Source: Bryobacterales bacterium (GTDB taxonomy: Bacteria > Acidobacteriota > Terriglobia > Bryobacterales > UBA6623). Taken from it: a stretch of 64,000 nucleotides of DNA. A program made the translations under genes and the position numbers. Below the pieces are notes generated by a model, which saw nothing but the letters and a program-made list of their open reading frames with translations, searched no databases and was not told where the DNA came from. Every line of letters starts with the position of its first letter. Within the stretch, counting starts at the first letter, position 1. Below, one piece after another: positions 29,785 through 40,874 of this stretch. Location of the stretch: the NCBI GenBank assembly GCA_965205595.1, contig CBDBHI010000020.1:82056-146055 (forward strand). Reading direction: 5' to 3'.

Positions 29785-30296
29785 ATGACTTGGTGGCTCT
29801 TAAGCTTCAGTTTGGCTCTGGCGATCGTCGCAACCGGCGAAGATCTCTGGCGTCGCCGCGTTTCAAATGTCATCACCGGTCCTGCGTTTCTAATCGGGCT
29901 CGCCGCAAATGTAATCTTGGCGGGTTCGAGTGATCTCGGGTATCTGTCGGTCTCGGGAACTCACTGTTAGGCGGCCTTATCGGTTTCGTCGCGTTCCTGC
30001 CGTTCTTCCTAAAGGGTGGAATGGGCGGAGGTGACATCAAGCTCATGGCCGCGTTCGGTGCGATTCTCGGACGCGAGCAAATTGTTCTTGCGGCAATCTT
30101 GGCCGCTATTTCGGGCGGTCTGATGGCCGTTCTCTATTTGATCGGTCGAAGGGTCTGGCGCGCCGTCAAGGGCGAATCCCTTGAGAGCGCGGCGACGCCT
30201 GACCTCAAAGCCTATATCCCCTACGCCCCAGCTATCAGCCTAGGCGTATTCCTGTCGTTTTTGAGTGAGGACGAGATATGGACAAACGTCTCTTAA
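29785..30296 (+). pseudogene. cpaA: A24 prepilin peptidase (CpaA/TadV), frameshifted
   Basis: EDLWRRRVSN and GGMGGGDIKLMAAFG motifs in different frames; removing 17 nt (one tctcggg repeat plus tatctgtcgg) restores the frame. Confidence 0.85.
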
Positions 30297-31123
30297 CCGT
30301 AGTTATGGTGGCCGTTCTGGTCGCCCTGGTGGTCACAGGAATCTTTTACCAGATCACCGTTGGCCGTAGTACGCCGGTTGGTGAAACCGCGACCAAAGAT
30401 TTGGTGATCGCGAGATCCGACCTGCCGATGGGCGCCGTGATCACTGCCGAAGATATTCAACTGATCGAATATCCCGAAAACCACTACCCCGAAGGTGCAT
30501 TCGTTGACATCGAAACGGCCTTGGACCGAACGGTTGTCCAACCAATTCTCGCCAATGAACCGATACTCAACGGTCGGGTTACCGAAAAGGGAGCTGGCTT
30601 CGGTCTCGCTCCTCTCATTCCTGAAGGAAAGCGTGCGGTCGCGATTTCGATCAACCAAGTGAGCGGCGTATCCGGATTCATCCTGCCCGGCTCGACGGTT
30701 GACATCATCTGGACCGGCACTCGACCCGGCAGCGGTACTCGAGTTACCAAAATCATCCTTGAAGCCGTGACCGTGCTCTCCACGGCTCACCGTCTTCAGC
30801 CAAACGCCGATGGCCAGCCCGAAAACGTTCCTGTCGTCAACATGCTTCTTACGCCGGAAGAGAGCGAACTGCTAACCCTCGCCACTCGCGAAGGTCAGAT
30901 CCAACTCGTACTCAGAAATCCCAATGACCTTGACGAGCTCGCGACGGATCGTGGCTTTACCAGCGCCAGCGACCTTTTTGGCACCCCGAAGCCGGCGCCT
31001 CGACCGCGCGTTTATCGTGCGCCTGTGGCCGCTCCCCCGCCAACCCCAGCGCCCGTAATTCATCAGATCGAAATGATTCGCGGCAACTTGCGGACAGTCG
31101 AACGTATGGAAGAAAGGTACTAA
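30278..31123 (+). CDS. cpaB: Flp pilus assembly protein CpaB/RcpC
   Basis: SAF-like domain, GKRAVAISINQVSGVSGFILPGSTVDI, IQLVLRNPND. Confidence 0.95.
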   Translation: MDKRLLTVVMVAVLVALVVTGIFYQITVGRSTPVGETATKDLVIARSDLPMGAVITAEDIQLIEYPENHYPEGAFVDIETALDRTVVQPILANEPILNGRVTEKGAGFGLAPLIPEGKRAVAISINQVSGVSGFILPGSTVDIIWTGTRPGSGTRVTKIILEAVTVLSTAHRLQPNADGQPENVPVVNMLLTPEESELLTLATREGQIQLVLRNPNDLDELATDRGFTSASDLFGTPKPAPRPRVYRAPVAAPPPTPAPVIHQIEMIRGNLRTVERMEERY

Positions 31124-31150
31124 ACCCGACTAAGAGAGTCTGACCCCCAA

Positions 31151-32507
31151 ATGATCCCCATGAAACTCACCAAACGAATTCAAAGATTGATTGCAAGCAC
31201 TTCCCTGGTGCTCAGCTTCATCTCAGCGACGGCGGCATTGGCGTCACCGACGCAAGCGCCACCGATGGGCGACGAGATACCTTTGGCGGTCGGGCGCTCG
31301 GTGGTGCTCGACCACCCCGATGAAATCGAAAGAGTCGCGATCAACGACGACAGTGTCGCCGACGCAATCGCGATCTCGACTCGTGAAGTCCTGATTCACG
31401 GCAAGAAGGCGGGTATTACGACACTCGTCATCTGGTCGGCCTCCGGCGACCGAAATTTCTTTACGATTTCGGTCGGCGCAAACACGGCGCAGCTACAGGA
31501 GCACATCAACGCCGCGTTTCCTGGAGAAAAATTCGAGTAATGGTGACGAATGGCGTCGCCACGGTAAACGGGATGTTTCAAGCATCGCCATCGCCGAACG
31601 AGTGGTCGCAATGGTTGCCGGTGGAGCAGCAGCAACCGTAATCAGCAATCTTGAGGTTCCTCCGCCTGACGCCGAGCGGCAAATCATGATCAAAGTTCGC
31701 TTTGCTGAAGTGCAGCGCAACGCCTTGCGCGATTTTGGCGCCGCCATCTTCAGCACGGGCGCCGGAAACACGCCCGCTAGCCTTGGCACAAAGCAGTTTG
31801 GGAACCCCAGTCTCACCTCGGTAGGCGGAGTAATCGGTCAATCAGCATCCGGATTCGCGACGAACTTCAACCTAACCGACACACTGAACGTTTTCGCGTT
31901 TCGCCCCGACTTGAACATCGGTGCGGTACTTAAAGCTCTTGAAACACGTGGCCTCAGCGAGTTGCTCGCAGAGCCAAATCTCATCACAACTTCAGGTAAG
32001 CAAGCGAAACTTCTGGTCGGTGGTGAGTTCCCAGTGCCTATCATTCAGGGCTCGTCGTCGGGCGGAGTAACGATTCAATTTAAGGAATTCGGAATTCGGA
32101 TTGACTTTACCCCCGAATTCACAGGCCGGGGTTCAATCAAGATGCATGTTGCGCCAGAAGTTAGCGCATTGGATTTTGCCAATGCCGTGACGCTTCAGGG
32201 CTTCTTGATCCCCGCCCTCTCTACGCGCCGTGTTTCCACCGATGTCGAACTCATGCCGGGACAGAGCTTCGTTATTGGCGGCCTAATTGACCAGCGAATC
32301 GTCGAGTCGGAATCGAAAGTTCCGATTCTTTCGAGTATTCCACTGCTCGGCGAGATCTTTAAGAGTCGTTCGAGATCGAAAAACAACACGGAACTACTGG
32401 TTATCGTTAGCCCAGAGTTTCCGCGTGTGTATGAATCTGGAGAAGCGAAACCCAATTTTGAGTTTCCAAATCCTGATTTTATGGAAACACTTGAGCAGAC
32501 TAATTGA
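31151..32507 (+). pseudogene. cpaC: Flp pilus secretin CpaC/RcpA with two 1-nt frameshifts
   Basis: N-terminal VGRSVVLD..ERVAI..A..ISTREVLIHGK and C-terminal LLAEPNL..SGKQAKLLVGGEFPVP..EFGI; A5 run at 31527-31531 and G3 run at 31570-31572 are each one base short. Confidence 0.85.
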
Positions 32508-33722
32508 TTAGTGACGAAATCTGCAACCCAGTGAAGGATAAAGGTTATCGCAGCCGATGAAGCAAACCGCCCTAGACGCTGTTCTTGTGTGCCCCAATCG
32601 GGCGCTAGCGCAGGAGTTCAGCAGCAAGGTGTTGGAGACCGACGGGTTCAGTGTGCTCGCGGATCTTAAGACTTACCCGACTCCGCAGCAAATCGACGCG
32701 AGACTCCGTCAGCTACGTCCAGATGTCGTTCTTTTGGACCTTGGCACCGACACCGACGCCGCCGTCGCTCTTGTCTCTGCCGTGAGTTCCCTCACCCCGC
32801 CGATTTATGTGATCGGAATCGATTCTCGCAACGATGCGAACGTGATTATTCGATCGCTGCGAGCCGGTGCCACCGAATTTCTGTGTTCACCATTTGAGAG
32901 TGAGGCGCAAAGCACGGTAACAACGCGTGTTCGCCGACTTCAGGAGAACGAACAGAAGCAGGCTCCCACCAAAGGGAAAGTCATTGCGTTCGTGGGAGCA
33001 AAGGCGGGTCAGGGAGTCACAACAATTGCGTCAAACGTAGCAGCCGGTATAGCAAACGGGGGAGAGCGAAAAGTGTTTCTCGCCGACTTCGATATCGAAG
33101 GCGGCACGGTTTCATTCATCTGGCGCCTGAACCATTCCTATAGCGTGCTCGATGCCCTGCGAAATTCGGAGAAGCTCGATAGCGCGCTCTGGAAAGCTCT
33201 CGTCACCTCCCGTCATGGTGTCGACGTGCTTCTCGCGCCCGAATTGCCTGAAGGTGTCCCGCTCGAAGCTCATCGCTTCAACGAAGTCATCGAGTTCGCC
33301 CGCTCGGCCTACGAATACATCGTGGTCGACCTGCCATCTGTCTGGAGCAAGCAAGCGAAAGCAACATTGGGAGATGTCGACTTTGTTTACCTCGTCTCCA
33401 ATCCGGAGTTGCCTTCGTTGCATTTGACTCGGAAATGCATCACCTATCTCGAACAATTGGGATTTGCCTCCGACAAATTCGGCTTACTCGTGAACCGCAT
33501 GAGCCGCAAACAAGAACTGGGTCCGGCCGACATGGAACGGGTCTTCAACTTTCCGATTGCCAAAGTATTTAGCGAGGACGGAACCGCCGTGCATCGCGCC
33601 TTGACGGCGGGTAAGCCCATCGGTAACGGATGTGAATTGGGGCGCTCGATCAACCAATTCGGAAATAGCGCTTTTGGAATTCAAGTCGAGGAAAAGAAGC
33701 GAAGCGTTACAGGTCTCAAACT

Positions 33723-35170
33723 GAAATTGTCCCGAGCTCAGTTGGGGGATAAAGGGCCGGCGGTTCTCAAGCTTGGTTCTCTGGGAGAATCGAGCAAATC
33801 TTTAACCACAAAGGAGAACCGCCGTGAAGAAACCGTATCACATTCTTGATTCCGCCAAGCAGCAGCGGCTGAGGCCCGAGGAGCTCACGCGTCTGCTCAG
33901 CCAAAACGCGCAGCTCATGCTGCCCCTCGTCGAACTCATCGAACAATGCCAGGGAGCCGTCGACGAGGTCATCGACGTCACCGGCCGCGCCGCCATCCAA
34001 GCCGTGCTCGAACTCTCTGCCCAGCAGGTCACCGGAGGCGAACTCGCCCAACCCGGCAAGAAGCGCGACGGCGACGTGCTGCGCTGGGGACGGCAATCGG
34101 GCCGCGTGAATCTAAGCGATCGCAAGCTGCGGGTGGCCAAGCCGCGCTTGCGCAAACGCTCCGGCGGCGAGGTCAAAGTGCCCGCCTACGAATCCCTGCA
34201 AGACGACGAGCGGCTAGGCTCGCGCATGCTGGATATCTTGATGAAAGGCGTCTCGACGCGTCAGTATGCGGGAGTAATCGGCGAAATGGCCGACACCGTC
34301 GGCGTGTCTAAATCGGCGATAAGTCGCGACACCATCGAGGCTGCGGAAAAGAAAATCGACGAACTATTCGCGCGCCGTTTCGATGACGTGGACTTGCTGG
34401 TGATCTACGTGGACGGCCTGATTTTCTCGGGACACACGGTTTTAGCGGCCGTGGGGGTGGACGCGGAAGGGAACAAGCACGTACTGGGCTTGCAACACGC
34501 GGCGACGGAGAACGCGGCGGCGGCCGAGGACCTGTTGACAGGCTTGGTCGAGCGTGGAGTCTCGCCCGCGAAAAAGAGGCTTTTTGTACTCGATGGATCG
34601 AAGGCTTTACGCGCGGCAGTGCACAAAATCTTTGGTGACGCCCCGGTGCAGCGTTGTCGCGCCCACAAGCTGCGCAACGTTCTCGACAGGCTGCCGAAGG
34701 CCGAACAGGATCAGGCCAAAGCGGCAATCCGCGCGGCCTGGCGGCTCGAAGCCAAGGACGGTCAAGCGCGGCTCAAGAAGCTGGCCGAATGGTACGCGGG
34801 CGACTGGCCCGAGGCGGCGGCGAGTTTGCGCGAGGGTCTCGAGGAGTGTTTCACGATCAATCGCCTGGGATTGCCGCCGTCGTTGCATCGTTGTCTGGCG
34901 ACGACCAACATCGTCGAGAGTCCGAACGCCGGCGTGCGGCGGAGGACACGTCGCGTGACGCGCTGGAAGGATGCTTCGATGGTGCGCCGTTGGGCGGCGG
35001 CGGCATTCCTGGATACCGAGAAAAACTTCCGCAAGATCATGGGCTATAAGGATCTCTGGATGCTCGAAGCCGTCCTCAATCCAACCGACTCCGCCGAACC
35101 GAAAGTCGCCTAGTACAATGCCCCTCTACACCGCCGCTCCTCAACCCTCAACTACGACTGGGACTAGCTC
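33723..35170 (+). mobile_element. IS256-family element, copy 2, 1448 bp
   Basis: Same transposase as copy 1; 8-bp target duplication CTCAAACT at 33715-33722 and 35171-35178. Confidence 0.95.
33824..35113 (+). CDS. IS256-family transposase (same protein as 27925-29214)
   Basis: Identical 429-aa translation. Confidence 0.95.
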   Translation: MKKPYHILDSAKQQRLRPEELTRLLSQNAQLMLPLVELIEQCQGAVDEVIDVTGRAAIQAVLELSAQQVTGGELAQPGKKRDGDVLRWGRQSGRVNLSDRKLRVAKPRLRKRSGGEVKVPAYESLQDDERLGSRMLDILMKGVSTRQYAGVIGEMADTVGVSKSAISRDTIEAAEKKIDELFARRFDDVDLLVIYVDGLIFSGHTVLAAVGVDAEGNKHVLGLQHAATENAAAAEDLLTGLVERGVSPAKKRLFVLDGSKALRAAVHKIFGDAPVQRCRAHKLRNVLDRLPKAEQDQAKAAIRAAWRLEAKDGQARLKKLAEWYAGDWPEAAASLREGLEECFTINRLGLPPSLHRCLATTNIVESPNAGVRRRTRRVTRWKDASMVRRWAAAAFLDTEKNFRKIMGYKDLWMLEAVLNPTDSAEPKVA

Positions 35171-36093
35171 CTCAAACTGTCAGCGCTACTTTCGCACAGC
35201 TAGTCGTATGTACGGAAGGAATTTAACTAAAGATGGCAGTCACAGCTAACGCACCTCAGGCAAGCGGCAACGTTACTTGGGAAGACCGACTGCGTCGAGG
35301 CGGAGGGCGCAGCCGTCTGGCCCTTAATCCGGAGTATCAGGAGCTGAAGTTCAAGCTCCATCGCCGGCTGCTAGACAAGATCAACCTCGAAGCCCTAGCG
35401 ACGATCGAAAATCAAAAAGTTCGGGTCGAAGTCCGCAACGCCCTGATGGTGTTGATGGACGAAGAATCAACCCTGCTGAGCTCGCTCGAACGCCAACAGA
35501 TCTGTGACGAGGTCCTCGACGAAGTATTCGGACTCGGCCCGCTCGAACCGCTGTTGCAAGACCCAACGATCAGCGACATTCTCGTCAACACTCACAGGCA
35601 AGTCTACGTTGAACGCAGGGGCACGCTGGAACTGACCAATGTCACGTTCAAGGATGGGAATCATCTGCTGCGAATTATCGACAAGATCGTATCGCAGGTC
35701 GGTCGACGAGTCGCAACCGATGGTCGATGCGCGACTAACGGATGGCTCTCGTGTCAATGCGATCATTCCACCCCTGGCCGTGGACGGCGCGATCATGTCG
35801 ATCCGCCGTTTTTCACAAGACAAGTTGCTGCCGGAAGATCTCGTCGAAAAGAAATCGATGACAGCGGGTATCGCCGAAATCCTCAAGGCGGCGGTTCAGA
35901 CACGGCTAAATATCGTGGTCTCCGGAGGTACCGGCTCAGGAAAAACGACGATGCTCAACGCGTTGTCGGCTCTGATTTCACCTAAGGAACGCGTCGTCAC
36001 AATTGAGGACGCCGCCGAACTTCAACTCAAACAGCCCCACGTAGTACGCCTCGAAACCCGCCCGCCGAACATCGAAGGCGACGGGGCGATCCG

Positions 36094-37704
36094 TCTTGTC
36101 CAATACAAGATGAGCCTGAAGGGGAGGGCGATTCCAATACAAGATGAGCCTGACGGGGATCCGTTGGGTGGTCAGGAACAGAGCAGCTGCGGGCGATGGG
36201 AGTCGCCGTGCAGCAAGCCGAATCGCTGAGTCTGGAGCAGATCGAGTGTTTTCTCGACGGGTGCCAATCCGTCGCCTTCGAGGGCGGCAATCGAAGCGAC
36301 AAATATGCGCTCGTCGAAAGCGTCTTGAAGCGGCATCACTATGCCGACCAGAAGCGCTCCGTCAAGGGTCTCCTGCGGCGTTATCTCGCTAAGCTCACGG
36401 GCTTAAGCCGCGCGCAACTCACCCGCCTGATCGGACAGTTCTTGCACACGCGTTGCGTCCGTCCGAGGGCCTATCGGCGGCGCCGTTTTCCCAGCAAGTA
36501 CACACGCGCCGACAGCGTCTTACTGGCGCACGTCGATCGAGTTCATCAGCGCCTCTCGGGGCCGGCCACCCGCCGCATTCTCCAACGCGAGTTCCAGATC
36601 TACGGCCGCAAAGAGTTTCGACGCCTGGCCGAATTGTCCGTGGGCCAGCTGTACAACTTGCGAAAAAGAGCCGTCTACCAACGTCACAGTTTGCATCTCG
36701 ACAAGACCCGTCCCACGCCCGTTGCGATCGGCGAACGCCGCCAACCCGAGCCGCGAGGACGTCCGGGCTACCTGCGCATCGACACCGTGCACTCGCCCGA
36801 ACAGGAAGGTGAAAAAGGCGCCTACAGCATCAATGTGGTCGACGAAGTGACGCAGTGGCAGGCCGTCGGCTGCGTCCAACGCATCAACGAAAACCACCTC
36901 ATTCCCTTGCTGGAAGGCCTTTTGGAACAATTTCCATTTATCGTTCGCGGCTTTCACTCCGACAATGGCAGCGAATTCGTCAACCATCAAACCGCTAAAC
37001 TGCTCGAGAAGTTGCGAATTGAATTTACGAAGTCTCGCGCGCGCCGTTCGAACGACAATGCCTTGGTCGAAACCAAGAACGGCGCGGTGGTGCGCAAGTG
37101 GATGGGCTACCAGTTTTTGCCCTCGGAAGCGACGCAGGCGATCGACACCTTCTACCGCCAGTGGCTCAACCCGTACTTGAATTTTCATCGCCCATGCGCT
37201 TTCGCCAGCGAGCGCCGAGACCGCCGCGGCAAGTTGCGCAAGGTGTACGCCGAGTGGAGCACGCCGTGGGAAAAGCTGCTCAGCCTGCCCGCCGAGCAGC
37301 GCGGCCTGCGCGCGGATCGCTCGCTCAAGAAGCTCCAAGCGCGAGCGGACACTTGTTCCGACACCGAGTTTGCCGAGCAACTCGACGCTCAGCGCAACGA
37401 ACTGCAACGCGTCTGCAAAGACCTCGCGATCTGCTGGCGCACGCGCTAGACAACGCCCCGACCCGAGGCGTTGTCGGCTCCTCCGGCCCACGTCCGAAGA
37501 CGGCCGTGGGGTCTCGCCTGGGATGGCTGCAAAGGGGGATTGGGGCTGCCGCCCCTTCCCCCTTATGCAATCCCCCTCACCCCGCCCTACGGGCCCCACA
37601 ACGGGCTTCAACCTCAAGCCCCAATCCGAGCTATAATCCCTCCTGCCCACAGCTACCTTCGCCTGCCTCCTTCAGGCTCATCTTTCGATTGGAAAAGAGG
37701 GATC
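36094..37704 (+). mobile_element. 1611-bp DDE (integrase-core) IS, copy 1; family uncertain (IS481/ISNCY-like)
   Basis: Ends TCTTGTCCAATACAAGATGAGCC / rc TCTTTTCCAATCGAAAGATGAGCC; flanked by CG; interrupts DGAIR|QRE of CpaF. Confidence 0.85.
36196..37449 (+). CDS. DDE integrase-core transposase
   Basis: [39 protein letters not shown]. Confidence 0.9.
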   Translation: MGVAVQQAESLSLEQIECFLDGCQSVAFEGGNRSDKYALVESVLKRHHYADQKRSVKGLLRRYLAKLTGLSRAQLTRLIGQFLHTRCVRPRAYRRRRFPSKYTRADSVLLAHVDRVHQRLSGPATRRILQREFQIYGRKEFRRLAELSVGQLYNLRKRAVYQRHSLHLDKTRPTPVAIGERRQPEPRGRPGYLRIDTVHSPEQEGEKGAYSINVVDEVTQWQAVGCVQRINENHLIPLLEGLLEQFPFIVRGFHSDNGSEFVNHQTAKLLEKLRIEFTKSRARRSNDNALVETKNGAVVRKWMGYQFLPSEATQAIDTFYRQWLNPYLNFHRPCAFASERRDRRGKLRKVYAEWSTPWEKLLSLPAEQRGLRADRSLKKLQARADTCSDTEFAEQLDAQRNELQRVCKDLAICWRTR

Positions 37705-38217
37705 CGCCAGCGCGAACTACTCATCAATGCTCTGCGTATGCGTCCCGACCGAATCGTCGTTGGTGAGTGTCGTGGCGAAGAAGCGCTAGACATGTTGCAG
37801 GCAATGAATACGGGTCACGACGGCTCAATGACGACGATTCACGCCAACACTCCACGCGACGTGATCTCGCGCCTTGAGGTCATGGTCACGCTGGGTGGAG
37901 CCAATATGCCTACCGTTTCGATCCGCCAGCAGATCGCATCGGCCATCGACCTCATCGTTCAGATCGGACGCTTTAGCGACGGTTCACGCCGCGTCACTTC
38001 CGTCACGGAAGTCACCACGATGGAAGGCGACATGGTGATGCTGCAAGACTTATTCGTCTTTGAAAAGCTCGGCATATCCAGCGAAGGCAAGGTCCTTGGA
38101 AGATTCGCCGCCACCGGAATACGGCCACGTTTCTACGAGAAATTGGTCGCGGCCGGTATTCGTGTTCCCGCCGAAACCTTTGAAGAAGTTGTAGAGATTG
38201 GGGAGTAAGGAAGTCTC

Positions 38218-39192
38218 ATGAACCTCGCGTTTATATTTTTCGGATTCCTGGCCGTCGTGCTTGTCGGTTGCGTCGTCGTTGCGGATCGCATGATGCGCAA
38301 GCGCGACGTCGATCAGATGAAAGATCTCGTTGCCGGTAAGTCCCCTGTTGGCGGCACCGCCGGCTAACCGGATCAGGGCGCGTTGATGAAAAACGAGGAC
38401 GAAGATGGCAGGCAGCGCCTTGCCAGAGTCTTTCTCGGAAAGAATCTCAACGAGCGGCTGCGTGACTATCTTGAGCAGGCTGGCCTGGAATGGGACCCCG
38501 CTCGTACCTTATACCTTTCACTAATCTTCGGCGTCGCTGGATTCAATATCTTTTGGTACATCGTTCCACGTGGTCGCCCGATCTCGATCGTCGGCGCGCT
38601 GGTTGGAATCGCACTTCCTTTCTTTATCGCTTACCGCAAGCGATCGGCCCGGATGGCGAAGTTTGAAGAACAGTTTCCGGATGCGCTGGAGTTCGTCGCG
38701 CGCGCCATGCGTACCGGCCACGCATTCTCCGTATCGCTCGAGATGCTGCACAAGGAGTATGCCGCGCCTCTCTCCGACGAGTTTCGCCGCGTTTTCGAAG
38801 AACAGAATCTTGGTCTGCCTCTTGAAGTGGCGCTCGAACGCTTGGGGACCAGGGTTCCTCTCCTGGACGTAAAGTTCTTCGTCTCGTCGGTCTTGCTCCA
38901 GAAGCGAACCGGAGGAAACCTTGCGGCGCTGCTCGAGAATCTCTCCTATCTCATCCGAGAAAGATTCAAGCTTCGCGGAAGGATTAGATCCATCAGTGCG
39001 CACGGCCGAATTTCCGGATTGGTGCTCTCTATGATTCCTCTTGGCGTCTCCGTAATGATGTTCTGGACAAACCCAAAATACGTCTTATTTTTCTTTGACG
39101 ACCCAGACGGAAAAATGTTGATGGTCATAACAATCATTCTTCAATTTCTCGGATTTGTTTCGATCAAGAAGCTTACGGACATCGAGGTTTAA
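38218..39192 (+). pseudogene. tadB: TadB (T2SS F-family) with premature in-frame stop
   Basis: ATG 38218 TM segment, TAA at 38365-38367, same frame continues into FEEQFPDALEFVARAMRTGH...QKRTGGNLA. Confidence 0.85.
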
Positions 39193-39198
39193 ACGATC

Positions 39199-40119
39199 AT
39201 GACAGCAATGATTGCATCAATATTCGTATTCGACTTGATCACCGTCGCTCTGTCGACGCTCGGCTTCAAGTTCTGGGCACAGCCCAAGGCTGTCGTCGAT
39301 CGCGTGATGGGTGAAGTAGAGCTGGGTCGGAGCCAAGTTCGGCATCCCAGTTTGAGCTTCCGCGATGTGATCTCGAAAATCGGTCACATGGTTCCGTCGA
39401 ATCCGGCGGATGTCAGCATCCTGCAGAAGCGTCTGCTGACCGCTGGATTTCGTAATCACAGTGCTCTGCGCGTGGTCTACGGTGTCAAGGGTGTCGGCGC
39501 GTTATCGCTGATAATCATCACGGCCATAGGCGTCTTCAGTCTGAATCTTCAAAATCCCATGACGCTCTTCCAGCTCGTGGCGGTAGGTGCCCTGGGTTGG
39601 TCGCTTCCGAACTTTGTTTTGGGACGCCTGGCGTCGAAGCGTCAGCACAAGATTCGTAGGGCGTTACCGAACGCACTCGACATGTTGGTGATCTGCGTAG
39701 AGTCCGGGCTCGGTCTCGACCAAGCGCTGATGCAGGTTGCCAAAGAGCTGCAATACGCTCACCCGGAGATCAGCGACGAACTTGCCGTACTGAACCTCGA
39801 AATTCGCGCCGGCAAAACACGCTCCGACGCGCTTCGGAATCTCGGCGACAGGACCGCGGTTGAGGAGCTGCAGAAGCTCGTTAGTGTGTTGATTCAGGCC
39901 GATAAATTCGGCACCAGTATTTCGCAAACACTTCGGAATTTTTCCGACTACATGCGGACCCAAGCTAGGCAAATAGCAGAAGAGAAAGCGGCGAAGATTG
40001 GCGTCAAGCTAGTATTTCCCATCTTCTTCTTCATCTTGCCGGCGTTATTCGTTGTGACCGTCGGTCCCATGATCGTGCGTGTCGTACGAGATTTTTTGCC
40101 CGCCATAACGGGCGTATAA
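39199..40119 (+). CDS. tadC: TadC (T2SS F-family)
   Basis: LPNALDMLVICVESGLGLDQA, GKTRSDALR, AEEKAAKIGVKLVFPIFFFILP. Confidence 0.93.
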   Translation: MTAMIASIFVFDLITVALSTLGFKFWAQPKAVVDRVMGEVELGRSQVRHPSLSFRDVISKIGHMVPSNPADVSILQKRLLTAGFRNHSALRVVYGVKGVGALSLIIITAIGVFSLNLQNPMTLFQLVAVGALGWSLPNFVLGRLASKRQHKIRRALPNALDMLVICVESGLGLDQALMQVAKELQYAHPEISDELAVLNLEIRAGKTRSDALRNLGDRTAVEELQKLVSVLIQADKFGTSISQTLRNFSDYMRTQARQIAEEKAAKIGVKLVFPIFFFILPALFVVTVGPMIVRVVRDFLPAITGV

Positions 40120-40140
40120 ACACGGAGGAGGAAACACAAT

Positions 40141-40236
40141 ATGGACCCGCTACTAGTTCGGATTCTTTGCGGCATCATAGGCGTCGCCCTTTTGATGCTA
40201 ATCGTCAAGCGGCGCCGCGCGCGTCAGCAACAGTAA
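40141..40236 (+). CDS. Putative 31-aa single-pass membrane protein (absent from ORF track)
   Basis: MDPLLVRILCGIIGVALLMLIVKRRRARQQQ*, strong SD ggaggagg just upstream, directly after tadC. Confidence 0.65.
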   Translation: MDPLLVRILCGIIGVALLMLIVKRRRARQQQ

Positions 40237-40874
40237 CTTGAAGCCGTTAAATGAAGCGACAGTCACGACTGCTTTGTCGAACTGACTGTCGCTTTCAATG
40301 GCAGTGAACAAATTTAGCGAATGAGGTCGACGACTAGATCGGCCGTGAAAGAGCCTTGGCCCCTTCCCAATTAACCGGGGGCTAAGGCGATGAATGAGTT
40401 GGATAGATTTTGGAGCATACGAAATGAAGAAGCCATCCCTGGTTCGGACTAAGACCATAATTCAGACCGTCTGTCTGTGTCTGGCTTTGTCAACTTCCAC
40501 TTGGGGACAAAACAACTTTATCGGTGGAGGCTCGGCATCCGCGGCCGCAACGTTCGGAGAGGTGATCCCCCTCCCCGGCGAGATTAACGAGCTATTCGTC
40601 GACGAGGCCCGCAGGCTGATTTATGCCTGCAACTTCACTGGCGGACGCGTCGAGGTCATATCGATGGACACACATCAGTCCATCAGCCGGATCACCACGA
40701 CTCCCACTCCCGCCGGTTCTTCAGGAATGACAGTGACGAAGGACGGGCGCTATTTGATCGTGACGAACGTCCCCGTGACTTCTTCTGTTACCCAGAGTTC
40801 GGGCGTGACGGTGGTCAATCTGAATGATCCAAGCGACCGGCGCTTTTTCACGTCGCTTGAAGAGCCTTTGGGCG

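Larger units (their letters stand above)
32557..35203 (+). pseudogene. cpaE: CpaE/TadZ (receiver-like + ParA/MinD-like) with IS256 inserted in its last codons
   Basis: KVIAFVGAKAGQGVTTIASN, LHLTRK, LLVNR; the native tail LKLSALLSHS* resumes at 35171-35203. Confidence 0.85.
35233..38208 (+). pseudogene. cpaF: CpaF/TadA pilus ATPase, frameshifted and IS-interrupted
   Basis: [63 protein letters not shown] in three pieces; frameshift at about 35710; IS at 36094-37704. Confidence 0.9.

Noticed and set aside
29510-29785. Possible c-di-GMP riboswitch or Flp pilin gene upstream of cpaA
   Set aside because: Only a gtgggacg fragment and weak hairpins, with no GNRA/receptor architecture; no ORF with the Flp G|xxxxEY motif
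29941-29950. Sequencing adapter as source of the cpaA insertion
   Set aside because: tatctgtcgg does not match the Nextera/TruSeq adapter sequences I know, and it is flanked by a genomic direct repeat
27868-35170. Composite transposon formed by the two IS256 copies
   Set aside because: Each copy has its own matched 8-bp duplication within its own target gene, so they inserted independently
36520-37650. 376-aa antisense ORF in both 1611-bp IS copies
   Set aside because: Shadow frame of a GC-rich transposase; conservation is explained by copy identity
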